Assembly: GCA_045863235.1 (NCBI GenBank)
Contig: BTUM01000037.1
Span: 1-64,000 of the forward strand
DNA: 64,000 nt
Origin: Candidatus Xenobia bacterium
GTDB taxonomy: Bacteria; Vulcanimicrobiota; Xenobia; Xenobiales; QWHO01
Reading direction: 5' to 3'
The notes beneath the pieces were generated by a model. That model saw only the letters and a program-made list of their open reading frames with translations. It was not told where the DNA came from and did not search any database. Positions 18,583 to 26,886 of this stretch are shown here, piece by piece. Made by a program: the position numbers and the translations under genes. Every line of letters starts with the position of its first letter. Positions within the stretch are counted from its first letter, which is position 1.

Positions 18583-19878
18583 ATGAGTTTGCAGCGGGGC
18601 TCGGCTCTGATGATGGAGGGCCGCTACGACGAGGCTTTGAGCGCCTTCGAGGCGGCTGCCCACAGCCAGCCGAAGGCGGCCGGGCCGCTCATCCAACAAG
18701 CTCTGTGCCAAATGGCGCTGGGCCAGCCCGGGCCGGCCAACGACCTGTTGACCCGGGCCCTGGAGCTCGAGCCGGACAACCCGGCTCCTCACCTCTTCGC
18801 TGGCCTCTGTCGCTCGGACCTCGGCGACCATGAAGCTGCCGAGCTCTGTCTGCAGACCGTCAAGAAGCTCTCTCCCGACCACCAGGCGGTGGACACCGTG
18901 CGGGCCATCCTCAACCTGCGCCGGGGCAACCTGGAGAAGGCTGTGGCCTACCTGGGCGGCCATCCCGACCTCTCCCTCTCCTCCCCCATCATCAGCCGCC
19001 TGGTACTGGAGGTCGAGCGCCGCCTGCTACCGGCCGAGATCCCTCTGTTGCGCCGGGCTAAAGCTCGCATCCTGTCCCCGGATGAGGAGAAGGCGCCTCC
19101 CTCTCCCGGCCTGTTCGGATTGGCCCGCTCCATGGGCGCCTGGCGCGCCCAGTCGTCGGGCCGCAAGCTGGTCGAGAAAGCCATGCGCACTCCCCCCGGC
19201 TCCGAGCGCCGCAGGGGGCTGCTCGATCGGGCCGTGACCCGGTTGCGCGAGGCGCGCGATGCCGACCCCTCCCAGTTTCGGGCCGACTTCTACCTGGCCG
19301 AGGCGCTCCTTTACGCCAGTCGACCAGGCGAAGGAGCGGAGGCGCTGCGCGAGAGCCGCGAGGGATTCCTGATCTCCTGGCAGCACGAAGGCGAGAATCC
19401 CTACCTGCTCTACTACCTGGGTCGGGTCACCCTGCTCCTGGGGGAGGTGGAGGCCTCCATCGAATACTTCGAGCGCGGGCTCTCCAAGTTCGCCAAGTTT
19501 CCCGAGGCGCACTACGGCCTGGGTCAGTGCTGGCTGCTCAAGGGCGACGCCAACCGGGCTCGGGATTACTTCGCCCTGGCGCTGCGCTCGGATACTTTCA
19601 TCATGCGTGACCGCCTGTTCGAGTTGATCAGCCGGTACGAAGGTGACCGGGGCTCACTCGACCGGTCCATGCCCGAGTGGGAGCCGGAGCCAGAGCTCGC
19701 TCTGACCGACAGCGAGCCTGCCTCGGAGGACCCGCCCGGGCCGGGGCCGCGGGCCCCCCAGCCGGAGCCCGGCACCCATTCGGAGCCGGACACAGAGAGC
19801 CAGCCTGAGCCAGGGCCCGAGGCCCACCCCGTTGAGAGGGCTTCAACCTCCGAGGCACCCTCGGAGAAGCCCCTGTAA
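18583..19878 (+). CDS. Tetratricopeptide repeat protein
   Basis: Multiple TPR units (ALELEPDNP, FPEAHYGLG); acidic Pro-rich tail; AAGGAAGG RBS. Confidence 0.88.
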   Translation: MSLQRGSALMMEGRYDEALSAFEAAAHSQPKAAGPLIQQALCQMALGQPGPANDLLTRALELEPDNPAPHLFAGLCRSDLGDHEAAELCLQTVKKLSPDHQAVDTVRAILNLRRGNLEKAVAYLGGHPDLSLSSPIISRLVLEVERRLLPAEIPLLRRAKARILSPDEEKAPPSPGLFGLARSMGAWRAQSSGRKLVEKAMRTPPGSERRRGLLDRAVTRLREARDADPSQFRADFYLAEALLYASRPGEGAEALRESREGFLISWQHEGENPYLLYYLGRVTLLLGEVEASIEYFERGLSKFAKFPEAHYGLGQCWLLKGDANRARDYFALALRSDTFIMRDRLFELISRYEGDRGSLDRSMPEWEPEPELALTDSEPASEDPPGPGPRAPQPEPGTHSEPDTESQPEPGPEAHPVERASTSEAPSEKPL

Positions 19879-19918
19879 CATCGAGGTAACAAGATTCGAC
19901 CCCGCCCCGTGCTAGGAT
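19875..19918 (+). promoter_or_regulatory. Class B direct-repeat promoter GTAAC-N6-GTAAC-N22-TAGGAT
   Basis: Perfect 11-bp-period repeat plus TGCTAGGAT. Confidence 0.65.
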
Positions 19919-19959
19919 GGCCCCCGGGGAAATCTGCGGGTGAAAGGATCCAGGGGCTC

Positions 19960-21582
19960 GTGCAGCTTTCGGCTTACAATTCCAGTCTGGCGTTCCGGCT
20001 CCCCAGCCCGGCCGCCCGCGAGGAATCCAGTGCTGCCCAGATGGATCTGCCTTTCCTGGCCCTCTCCGGTGGAGACAGCTACAACGGCGTGGTGGAGGGT
20101 ACCAACGAGCGTCAGAACCCCTTCATCGTCGTCCCCAAGGACCTGCTCACCCGGGCCAAGACGCCCAACCAGGTGGTGCAGGACCTCTCCCGCCTCAATG
20201 TCCCGGTCAATGCAGAAATTCCCCTGATCAACGGCTATACGGTGGTGATGAACGAGGACGAGCGCCGGCGCGTCGAGCAGGCCGGCTATCAGGTCATGCC
20301 CGACCTGTCGGACAAGTTCCTCTTGCCCAGCCCCTGGGAGCGCAAGCCCGAAGAGAACGTCGAGACCATCGCCACCGAGCCGGCCACCCCTACCACCCCC
20401 CGGGCAACCCTGACCGAGCCGCGCTACGCCTCTCCCCTGACCCAGCAGTTCACCGGTCGCGGCGTTGGGATCGCCATCATCGACACGGGCATCTATCCCC
20501 ACCCCGACTTCAACTTCCCCCACAGCCGGATCGTGGCTTTCCAGGACTTCGTCAATGGCAGCACGCTCGCCTACGACGACAACGGCCACGGTACCCACAC
20601 GGCCGGCGATGCGGCTGGCAACGGCTTTCTGTCGGAAGGCCTCTATCGGGGGGCCGCTCCCGAGGCCAACCTGGTGGGCATCAAGGTGCTGGACAAGAAT
20701 GGCAACGGCACCACCTCCAACATCCTTAAGGGGATCAACTGGGCGGTCGAGAACAAGGAGCAGTACAACATCCGGGTCATCAACCTCTCGCTCGGCTCGA
20801 GCCAGCGTTGGGCGCATCGCCGTCAGGACCCCATCCAGCAGGCGGTGGAGAAGGCGGTGGACGCGGGCATCGTGGTGGTGGTCTCGGCTGGCAACGAAGG
20901 CCCCTATCCCGGCACGATCAGCGCGCCGGGCGACAACCCCCGCGTGATCACGGTGGGCGCCCTGGACGACCGCAACACCCCCGACCCCTCCGACGACCGC
21001 ATTCCGTCCTTCTCCAGCCGGGGCAAGTCGGACACCATGAAGCCCGACCTGGTGGCTCCCGGCGAGGGGATCATCGGGCCCAACGCTCCCGGCACCATCA
21101 GCGAAGCCACCGCCCGCAAGTACGGGGCCGTCCAGAAGACCCTGTCCTGGCTCGACAGGATGCGCGACGAGGAGCTGGTGCACGTGCCCGAGGATACGCT
21201 GCGGCTGATCGGCCTGAATCCGAGCTCGATCCAGCGTTTCAAGAACTCCCCCCAGACCGCCCGCTCGGAGATCAACCGGCTGATCGAGACCACCAACCGC
21301 CTGCCCATGGTGTCGAGCAACTACCTGGGCATGCCGGGCACCTCCATGGCCGCTCCCATCGTGGCCGGGGTGGTGGCCCAGGTGCTGGAGGCAAACCCGC
21401 ACCTTTCCCCTGACGAGGTCAAGCAGGTGCTGCGCCAGAGCGCCACCCAGCTTCCCGGCTACGGTCGCGAGGCCCAGGGCTCGGGCGCGGTCAACCCGGA
21501 CCGAGCCATCGAGCTCGCTCTGCAGAAGCTGGATGAGGGCGACCGGAACGGCCAGTTGCACCTGCCCCTGGAGCAACTCTGA
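19960..21582 (+). CDS. S8 subtilisin-family serine protease (AprX-like), no Sec signal peptide
   Basis: Catalytic triad IIDTGI, HGTHTAG, GTSMAAP; oxyanion SAGNEG; ~70-aa insertion before the catalytic Ser. Confidence 0.92.
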   Translation: MQLSAYNSSLAFRLPSPAAREESSAAQMDLPFLALSGGDSYNGVVEGTNERQNPFIVVPKDLLTRAKTPNQVVQDLSRLNVPVNAEIPLINGYTVVMNEDERRRVEQAGYQVMPDLSDKFLLPSPWERKPEENVETIATEPATPTTPRATLTEPRYASPLTQQFTGRGVGIAIIDTGIYPHPDFNFPHSRIVAFQDFVNGSTLAYDDNGHGTHTAGDAAGNGFLSEGLYRGAAPEANLVGIKVLDKNGNGTTSNILKGINWAVENKEQYNIRVINLSLGSSQRWAHRRQDPIQQAVEKAVDAGIVVVVSAGNEGPYPGTISAPGDNPRVITVGALDDRNTPDPSDDRIPSFSSRGKSDTMKPDLVAPGEGIIGPNAPGTISEATARKYGAVQKTLSWLDRMRDEELVHVPEDTLRLIGLNPSSIQRFKNSPQTARSEINRLIETTNRLPMVSSNYLGMPGTSMAAPIVAGVVAQVLEANPHLSPDEVKQVLRQSATQLPGYGREAQGSGAVNPDRAIELALQKLDEGDRNGQLHLPLEQL

Positions 21583-22544
21583 TGAAGGTGGCCGCCGCTC
21601 CCGCTCCGTTACCCCGCCTGGCCGAGCACCGGCCCCAGCGCGCCGCCAGCCTGGGACTGCCGGAGGATACCCTCTTTCTGAGCAAGCTCCCGCCCATCGA
21701 GGGCGACTTCCCCCCACCCCCACCCGACCTCAAGCGCCCGGTCTTGATCGTGCACGGCTTCAACGGCGCCGCCCTGGACTTTTTCAACATGCGCAACTAC
21801 CTGGCGTCCAACCCCAGAAACAAGCTCGGCGCCACTTTTCACCCCGGTAAGGAGGACGAGTTCCGGGCTTCCCTGCGCGAGAAGCCGGACGGTCGCATCC
21901 ATACCATCAGCTTCTCCAAGCCTTACCTGAGCTATCGCGAGCTGCAGGCCGAGCTGACCGCCTGTCTGAAGGTTCTCAACGAGGAGACAGGCGGCGAGGT
22001 GGACGTGATCACCCACTCGATGGGAGGGCTGGCCACCCGGGCCCACCTCGACCAGGGACATGACGGCATCGATAAGCTGATCATGATCGCGCCTCCCAAC
22101 CGGGGTAGCCTGGAAGCAGACCTGGCCCTGGCCGCCGACCGGCTCAACCTTTACAGCCACTACATTCCCGAGGCCAAAGATGCGCTGCGCGACCTGACCC
22201 TGGACGAAGAGTTTCTGGGCAAGCAGAACAATCCGTATCTGAACGGATTGAACCAGCGCTGGGCCGAGCAGAGCGCCAAAGTGCAGGCCACCATCATCGC
22301 CGGGTTGGGGATTCCCACTCCCGACTGGAACTGGAAGCTTTTTTCGCAGGGCGACGGCATGGTGACGGCCAGCAGCACCTACATGCCAGGAGCCCGGTTC
22401 GCCGTCACCGACGTGGAGCATCCAGCCGGAATCGAGCGTGAGGGCGACAGCGGCAACCGGCTGTTTACCTTCAAGTACAACCACGGCAGCCTGGTCAGCG
22501 ACCCGACGATCCAGCAGTTCGTGGGGCAGATCCTGGGAAGCTAA
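21582..22544 (+). CDS. Alpha/beta-hydrolase (lipase/esterase, PGAP1-like)
   Basis: VHGF, THSMGG nucleophile elbow, APPNRGS, GDGMV, NH; stop/start overlap with the protease. Confidence 0.88.
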   Translation: MKVAAAPAPLPRLAEHRPQRAASLGLPEDTLFLSKLPPIEGDFPPPPPDLKRPVLIVHGFNGAALDFFNMRNYLASNPRNKLGATFHPGKEDEFRASLREKPDGRIHTISFSKPYLSYRELQAELTACLKVLNEETGGEVDVITHSMGGLATRAHLDQGHDGIDKLIMIAPPNRGSLEADLALAADRLNLYSHYIPEAKDALRDLTLDEEFLGKQNNPYLNGLNQRWAEQSAKVQATIIAGLGIPTPDWNWKLFSQGDGMVTASSTYMPGARFAVTDVEHPAGIEREGDSGNRLFTFKYNHGSLVSDPTIQQFVGQILGS

Positions 22545-22571
22545 TGTGCTCGCACTCTGGTTTTGCGATGT

Positions 22572-23675
22572 TCAGAGTTTCTCCAGGGTCGCCCCCCGGT
22601 AGTAGTGGCGCAAGATGGCCTGGTAGCCCATGTGCTTCTCCCCCATCACCAGCGCCCCCCACTGGCATAAGCCCACCCCGTGGCCCCAGCCCCCGCCCTG
22701 AAAGTGCAGGCTGACCGGCCTGCCGTTTTGCTCCTTGACACTCATCTTGCAGCGGGTGCTGCGCAGCTCGCGGTAGCCCAGGATGCGTCGAAAATCCTGG
22801 CTCTTCTCGCGATACTCATGCCCCTGATCGTCCTTGACGGTGATGAAGTTCATCCGGCCTGACGGATCGTGGCCGCTGACCACCACCGAGGTGATGGTCC
22901 CCAGAGGCTTGCCATCGGCGGCAAAGCGCTTGCGCACCGTCTCGATGGGGAACGAGCGGCTCCAGTGCGAGCCGGCCGTTCCGGCGCAGTAAGGGTCGGG
23001 AACGCCCTTGATGAAGGGCACCTTGGGACCGAAGACGGGCTCGGAGTCGGAGGTGTGCCCGCCGCAGTTGGAGCTGTAGTAGGCTTTCAGGACGCGGCCG
23101 TCAGCCCCCTTGAGCACCTGACCCCGGGTGTCGTCGAGCGCGCCGCGCGAGGAGAACGACTCGCCGTCCAGGCCTGCGTAGACCTGGTCCTGGTCGGTGG
23201 CCACCAGGTCGTACTCGCTGTCGCGCGGGTCGCCGAGCAGGTAGACGGCGTAGGTGCGGGCCGCCACCGCCAGGGCGCGCTGGGTGGGTCCGGGCCAGTC
23301 AGCGGGGATCTCGCCCCCCACCACCCCGGCCAGGTAATCCTCGAGGTTGAGGACGTTGACCGCCACCAGCTTGCCCTCGCGCTCGAAGACGCGCAGGTAG
23401 CCTCGATAGCCGCGCCCGTTCCAGTAGAAGACGCCCGAGGCGGGCACGAACATGACGTCCTTTTCCGGAAAGCCCGGACGGAAGGTCACCTGTCCCTGGC
23501 CTTTGCGCAGCACCTGGGCGCCGGCGGTGGACTTGAGGGTGTAAGCATCCGACTCGACCGTGCAACTCGAGCCCTTCTCCTGCAGAGCGATCCGCACCCG
23601 AGTCTGGGCCAGCGTGAGCTGACTGAGCAAAAGGAACAGCACCAACGTCAAAGGGCAACAATTCTTTAAAGCCAA
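22572..23675 (-). CDS. SpoIID/LytB domain peptidoglycan lytic transglycosylase
   Basis: YRG, LEDYLAGVVGGE, AVAARTYA, DQVYAG, GWGHGVGLCQWGA, ILRHYY; TTG start after GGAG. Confidence 0.92.
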   Translation of the reverse strand: MALKNCCPLTLVLFLLLSQLTLAQTRVRIALQEKGSSCTVESDAYTLKSTAGAQVLRKGQGQVTFRPGFPEKDVMFVPASGVFYWNGRGYRGYLRVFEREGKLVAVNVLNLEDYLAGVVGGEIPADWPGPTQRALAVAARTYAVYLLGDPRDSEYDLVATDQDQVYAGLDGESFSSRGALDDTRGQVLKGADGRVLKAYYSSNCGGHTSDSEPVFGPKVPFIKGVPDPYCAGTAGSHWSRSFPIETVRKRFAADGKPLGTITSVVVSGHDPSGRMNFITVKDDQGHEYREKSQDFRRILGYRELRSTRCKMSVKEQNGRPVSLHFQGGGWGHGVGLCQWGALVMGEKHMGYQAILRHYYRGATLEKL

Positions 23676-23697
23676 TTTCAGGGCTCCGAGGTAGATT
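23666..23697 (+). promoter_or_regulatory. Class A direct-repeat promoter TTAAA-N6-TTCAG-N10-TAGATT
   Basis: One of five sites with identical spacing. Confidence 0.65.
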
Positions 23698-23709
23698 AAG
23701 GTCGATACC

Positions 23710-25626
23710 ATGCAAAATCTGACCGGCGGCATTACGGGAAAGTTCCTCGGTTCTCCTACCTTCGAGGAGGCCAGGCGCAAGCTGCGCGAGGCTGGGCAGC
23801 GCGAGGAAGCGCGCGGCCACGAGCTCGATGCGCGCGGCCGCGACCGCGTCGAGCAGGGCTCTCAGGATGCCGAGCAGGCCGCCGAGGACAGGCAGCAGGC
23901 GCTGAACGACCGGGCCGCCGCCCAGAAGCAGTGGAAGAAGGCCGAAAAACTCCAGGCCAGCTCGCTCAAGAAGATTGCCGATGGGATGGGCCTCATCGGT
24001 CTGGCCGCAACCCTGCAGGCAGCCGCCCAGGCCCGCATCAATGAAGGGTTGAGCCAGCAGCAGCAGGCAGGCCAGCTCAAGGATAAAGGTCTCAAGGACG
24101 TCTCCAACGGACTCGCTCGCCAGGAGAAGGCCGAGCAGGGCCAGCAAGCCCAGGTCGAGCGACTGCAGCAGGCCTTTGCCGGCGAGGCTCAGGCCGAGGC
24201 TCTGAAAGACGAGGGGCGCGCCGGCGTGGGCCAGGGGCTGCGCCAGGAGGCTCAGGCCGAGCGTTTGCAGCAGAGCGGAGTCGAGACTCTCGCCTCTGGT
24301 CTGGCCGAGCAGCAGGCGGCCGAGCAGATCAAGGACGCCGGCCGGGAGAAGATCGGACGGGGCATCGACCAGCGTAACCTGGGCGGGGTCTACCTCGAGC
24401 AGGCCGCCCTGGGCCACCAGCAGGCCAGCCAGTTGCAGGGAGAAGCCGGTGCCAAGCGCACCCGGGCTCAAGCTCTGGAGATCCTGGCTCAGGCCGCCCA
24501 GCAGCGGGCCCAGCAGGCTTTGCAGCAAGTGCAGGCCCTGGTGCAGCAGGTAGCGCGCTTGACTCAGGAATCGACGCAGGCCAGCGGAGCCGCCGCCACG
24601 CTCGAGTCGGAGGGCCAGCACTTGAGCAGCCAGTCGCGCTGCTGGGGCCAGCGGGGCCAGCAGAACATCGCTCACGGGCGCTATCTGCAGCAGTGCCCCT
24701 TCCAGTATTGCGCCGGCCTGGAGCTCGAGCGCCAGGGCTTCGCCGAACTCAACTACGCCAACCAGCTGTGGGCCCAGGCCCAGGCCAAGCAGGGCCAGGC
24801 CAGCCAGCAGCGCCAGCTGTCCGAGGCCAGGCACGCCGAGGCTGAGCAGACTCGCTTTCGGGCGGCAGCCCTGGCCGGTCAGGCCTCGGGCGACTTTGCC
24901 CGGGCCAACCAGCAGCGCCAGGAAGCCGGGGGCCTGGTGCAGGCGGCCGCGGCCCAGGAGTTGCGGGCCGGCGAGATCTCCCTGCAAGCTCACCAGCTTC
25001 AGCAGCAGGGGCTGGGGCTGCGCGAGCAGGGCCAGCAGCTGATCGATGCCGGGCGCACCGAGGTGGCCACCGGTCAGGCCCGCGAAACAGCCGCTCAGGG
25101 CCAGATGACCCGGGGGCTGGGTCAGTTCGACCAGGGCCGGGCCGACGAGCAGCAGGCCCGCAATACCGAGTTGGACGGGCTGGGCAAGATCCAGCAGGGC
25201 TTCACCCAGGAAGCTCCCTTCCGGGCCGAGGAGCGGGACGCCCTCAAGGAGTTCCGCGCCTGGCGAGCCAAAGAGAAGACGGCCCACAGTCGCCAACAGA
25301 TGGGCCTGGGCAAGCTCGAGCAGGGCCTGGAGCAGTCCCAAGCTGGTCGCCAGGAGGGCGACGCCGGAGTGGCCGATTTCCGCGAGGGACAGAAAGTCGA
25401 GCGGCGAGGCGCCTCCAAGGTGGAGGCCGGTCAGGAGAAGCTCACTCAGGCCCGCTCTGCCCTGGATCAGGCCCGCGCCCGGGCCGCTGCGGCCCAGGAT
25501 GAGTTGCGCCGGGCCGAAGAGCTCGAGCGCCAGGCCCAGCGCGAGATCGAGCTGGGGCAGTCCGAGCAGGCTGCCGGCCAGGTCATCGCCGGCAAGGGGC
25601 GAGCCTACCAGCAAGCCGCCGGATAA
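23710..25626 (+). CDS. Giant Ala/Gln/Gly-rich heptad helical protein (paralogue 1)
   Basis: Gly/Ala heptad periodicity, almost no Pro except a central CPFQYC turn; ends homologous to 26887-28755. Confidence 0.85.
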   Translation: MQNLTGGITGKFLGSPTFEEARRKLREAGQREEARGHELDARGRDRVEQGSQDAEQAAEDRQQALNDRAAAQKQWKKAEKLQASSLKKIADGMGLIGLAATLQAAAQARINEGLSQQQQAGQLKDKGLKDVSNGLARQEKAEQGQQAQVERLQQAFAGEAQAEALKDEGRAGVGQGLRQEAQAERLQQSGVETLASGLAEQQAAEQIKDAGREKIGRGIDQRNLGGVYLEQAALGHQQASQLQGEAGAKRTRAQALEILAQAAQQRAQQALQQVQALVQQVARLTQESTQASGAAATLESEGQHLSSQSRCWGQRGQQNIAHGRYLQQCPFQYCAGLELERQGFAELNYANQLWAQAQAKQGQASQQRQLSEARHAEAEQTRFRAAALAGQASGDFARANQQRQEAGGLVQAAAAQELRAGEISLQAHQLQQQGLGLREQGQQLIDAGRTEVATGQARETAAQGQMTRGLGQFDQGRADEQQARNTELDGLGKIQQGFTQEAPFRAEERDALKEFRAWRAKEKTAHSRQQMGLGKLEQGLEQSQAGRQEGDAGVADFREGQKVERRGASKVEAGQEKLTQARSALDQARARAAAAQDELRRAEELERQAQREIELGQSEQAAGQVIAGKGRAYQQAAG

Positions 25627-25701
25627 CTTCGCACGCCGTTGCAACTGACTTAAGGCGCCGCGCGTCAGAGGATCCCGCTCGGGGTTCTGGAAAGCCCGCC
25701 C

Positions 25702-26841
25702 ATGCGGCTCTTTGAGGGCATCCGCTTCGATCGCAACGAACTGGCCGGGGCTTTTGGCGACCTGGGCACCGTGCTGCCCCTCATCGTGGGGATGATCCTG
25801 GCCGCCCGGCTCGACTGCGCCAGCGTGCTGATCATGTTCGGGCTGATGCAGATTTTCACCGGACTGCGCTACCGGATCCCCATGCCGGTTCAGCCCCTGA
25901 AAGCCATGGCCACACTGGTGATCGCCCAGAAGCTGACCGGCTCCATCCTTTACGGTGCCGGGCTGGCCATCGGCATGGTCATGCTCTTCTTGACCATGTC
26001 AGGCCTGTTGGCCCGGCTGGGGCGCGCCATCCCCACCACGGTGGTGCGCGGTCTGCAATTTGGCCTCGCCCTGCAACTCGGCATCCTGGCGCTGCGCGAG
26101 TACGTGCCTTCGGCCGGTCCCTCGGGGATGGCCCTGGCCCTGGTCGCCTTCCTGGTCGGCCTGGCCTTCCTGGGCAATCGGCGCATCCCGGCGGCGCTCC
26201 TCCTGGTCGGGCTGGGGGCGGCCTTCGCCGCCTTGAAGCTCCAGCCAGGCCAGGTGACCGGCGCCTTCGCTTTGCACCTGCCGCAGTTTCACGTGCCCGG
26301 CTGGTCCGACATCGCCCAGGGCTTCCTGCTGCTGGCCATCCCGCAGCTGCCGCTTTCGCTGGGCAACTCCATCCTGGCCACCCGCCAGGTTTCCCACGAT
26401 CTTTTTCCCGAGCGCGCGGTGGACCTGAAGACCATCGGGCTGACCTACTCATTGATGAACCTGGTCAATCCTTTCCTGGGCGGCATCCCGACCTGCCACG
26501 GGGCGGGTGGCATGGCCGGGCACCACGCCTTCGGCGGGCGCACCGGGGGCTCGGTGGTGATCTGCGGGCTGGCCTTCATCGCCGTGGGGCTCTTCCTGAG
26601 CCAGGGCTTCGCAGCCATGGTGGCGGCCTTTCCTCTGCCCGTGCTGGGGGTCTTGCTCTTGTTCGAGGCCCTCAGCCTGATCGGGCTGACCCGGCTGGCC
26701 ACCTCCTCGCGGGGCGACTTCCTGGTGGTGGCTCTGGTGGGGCTGCTGGCGGTTGGCCTCCCTTACGGATTTCTGATCGGCATGCTGGTGGGCACCCTGG
26801 TGGTGGCCCTCTCGCCCCATCTGAGCTACTTCCGTACATGA
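25702..26841 (+). CDS. Molybdate/sulfate transporter (MOT1-like)
   Basis: ELAGAFGDLGT, PMPVQPLKA, PTCHGAGGMAGHHAFGGRTG. Confidence 0.9.
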   Translation: MRLFEGIRFDRNELAGAFGDLGTVLPLIVGMILAARLDCASVLIMFGLMQIFTGLRYRIPMPVQPLKAMATLVIAQKLTGSILYGAGLAIGMVMLFLTMSGLLARLGRAIPTTVVRGLQFGLALQLGILALREYVPSAGPSGMALALVAFLVGLAFLGNRRIPAALLLVGLGAAFAALKLQPGQVTGAFALHLPQFHVPGWSDIAQGFLLLAIPQLPLSLGNSILATRQVSHDLFPERAVDLKTIGLTYSLMNLVNPFLGGIPTCHGAGGMAGHHAFGGRTGGSVVICGLAFIAVGLFLSQGFAAMVAAFPLPVLGVLLLFEALSLIGLTRLATSSRGDFLVVALVGLLAVGLPYGFLIGMLVGTLVVALSPHLSYFRT

Positions 26842-26873
26842 AAAAGCCCACCGCTCGGGGCGGTGGGCTTTTT
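26841..26873. terminator. Bidirectional intrinsic terminator
   Basis: AAAAAGCCCACCGC-tcggg-GCGGTGGGCTTTTT between convergent genes. Confidence 0.9.
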
Positions 26874-26886
26874 CCGAGGTCTACCC

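Noticed and set aside
23666..23708. sigma28 (FliA) promoter before helical paralogue 1
   Set aside because: The TAAA and GCCGATAA-like elements are mis-spaced; the class A repeat explains the site better.
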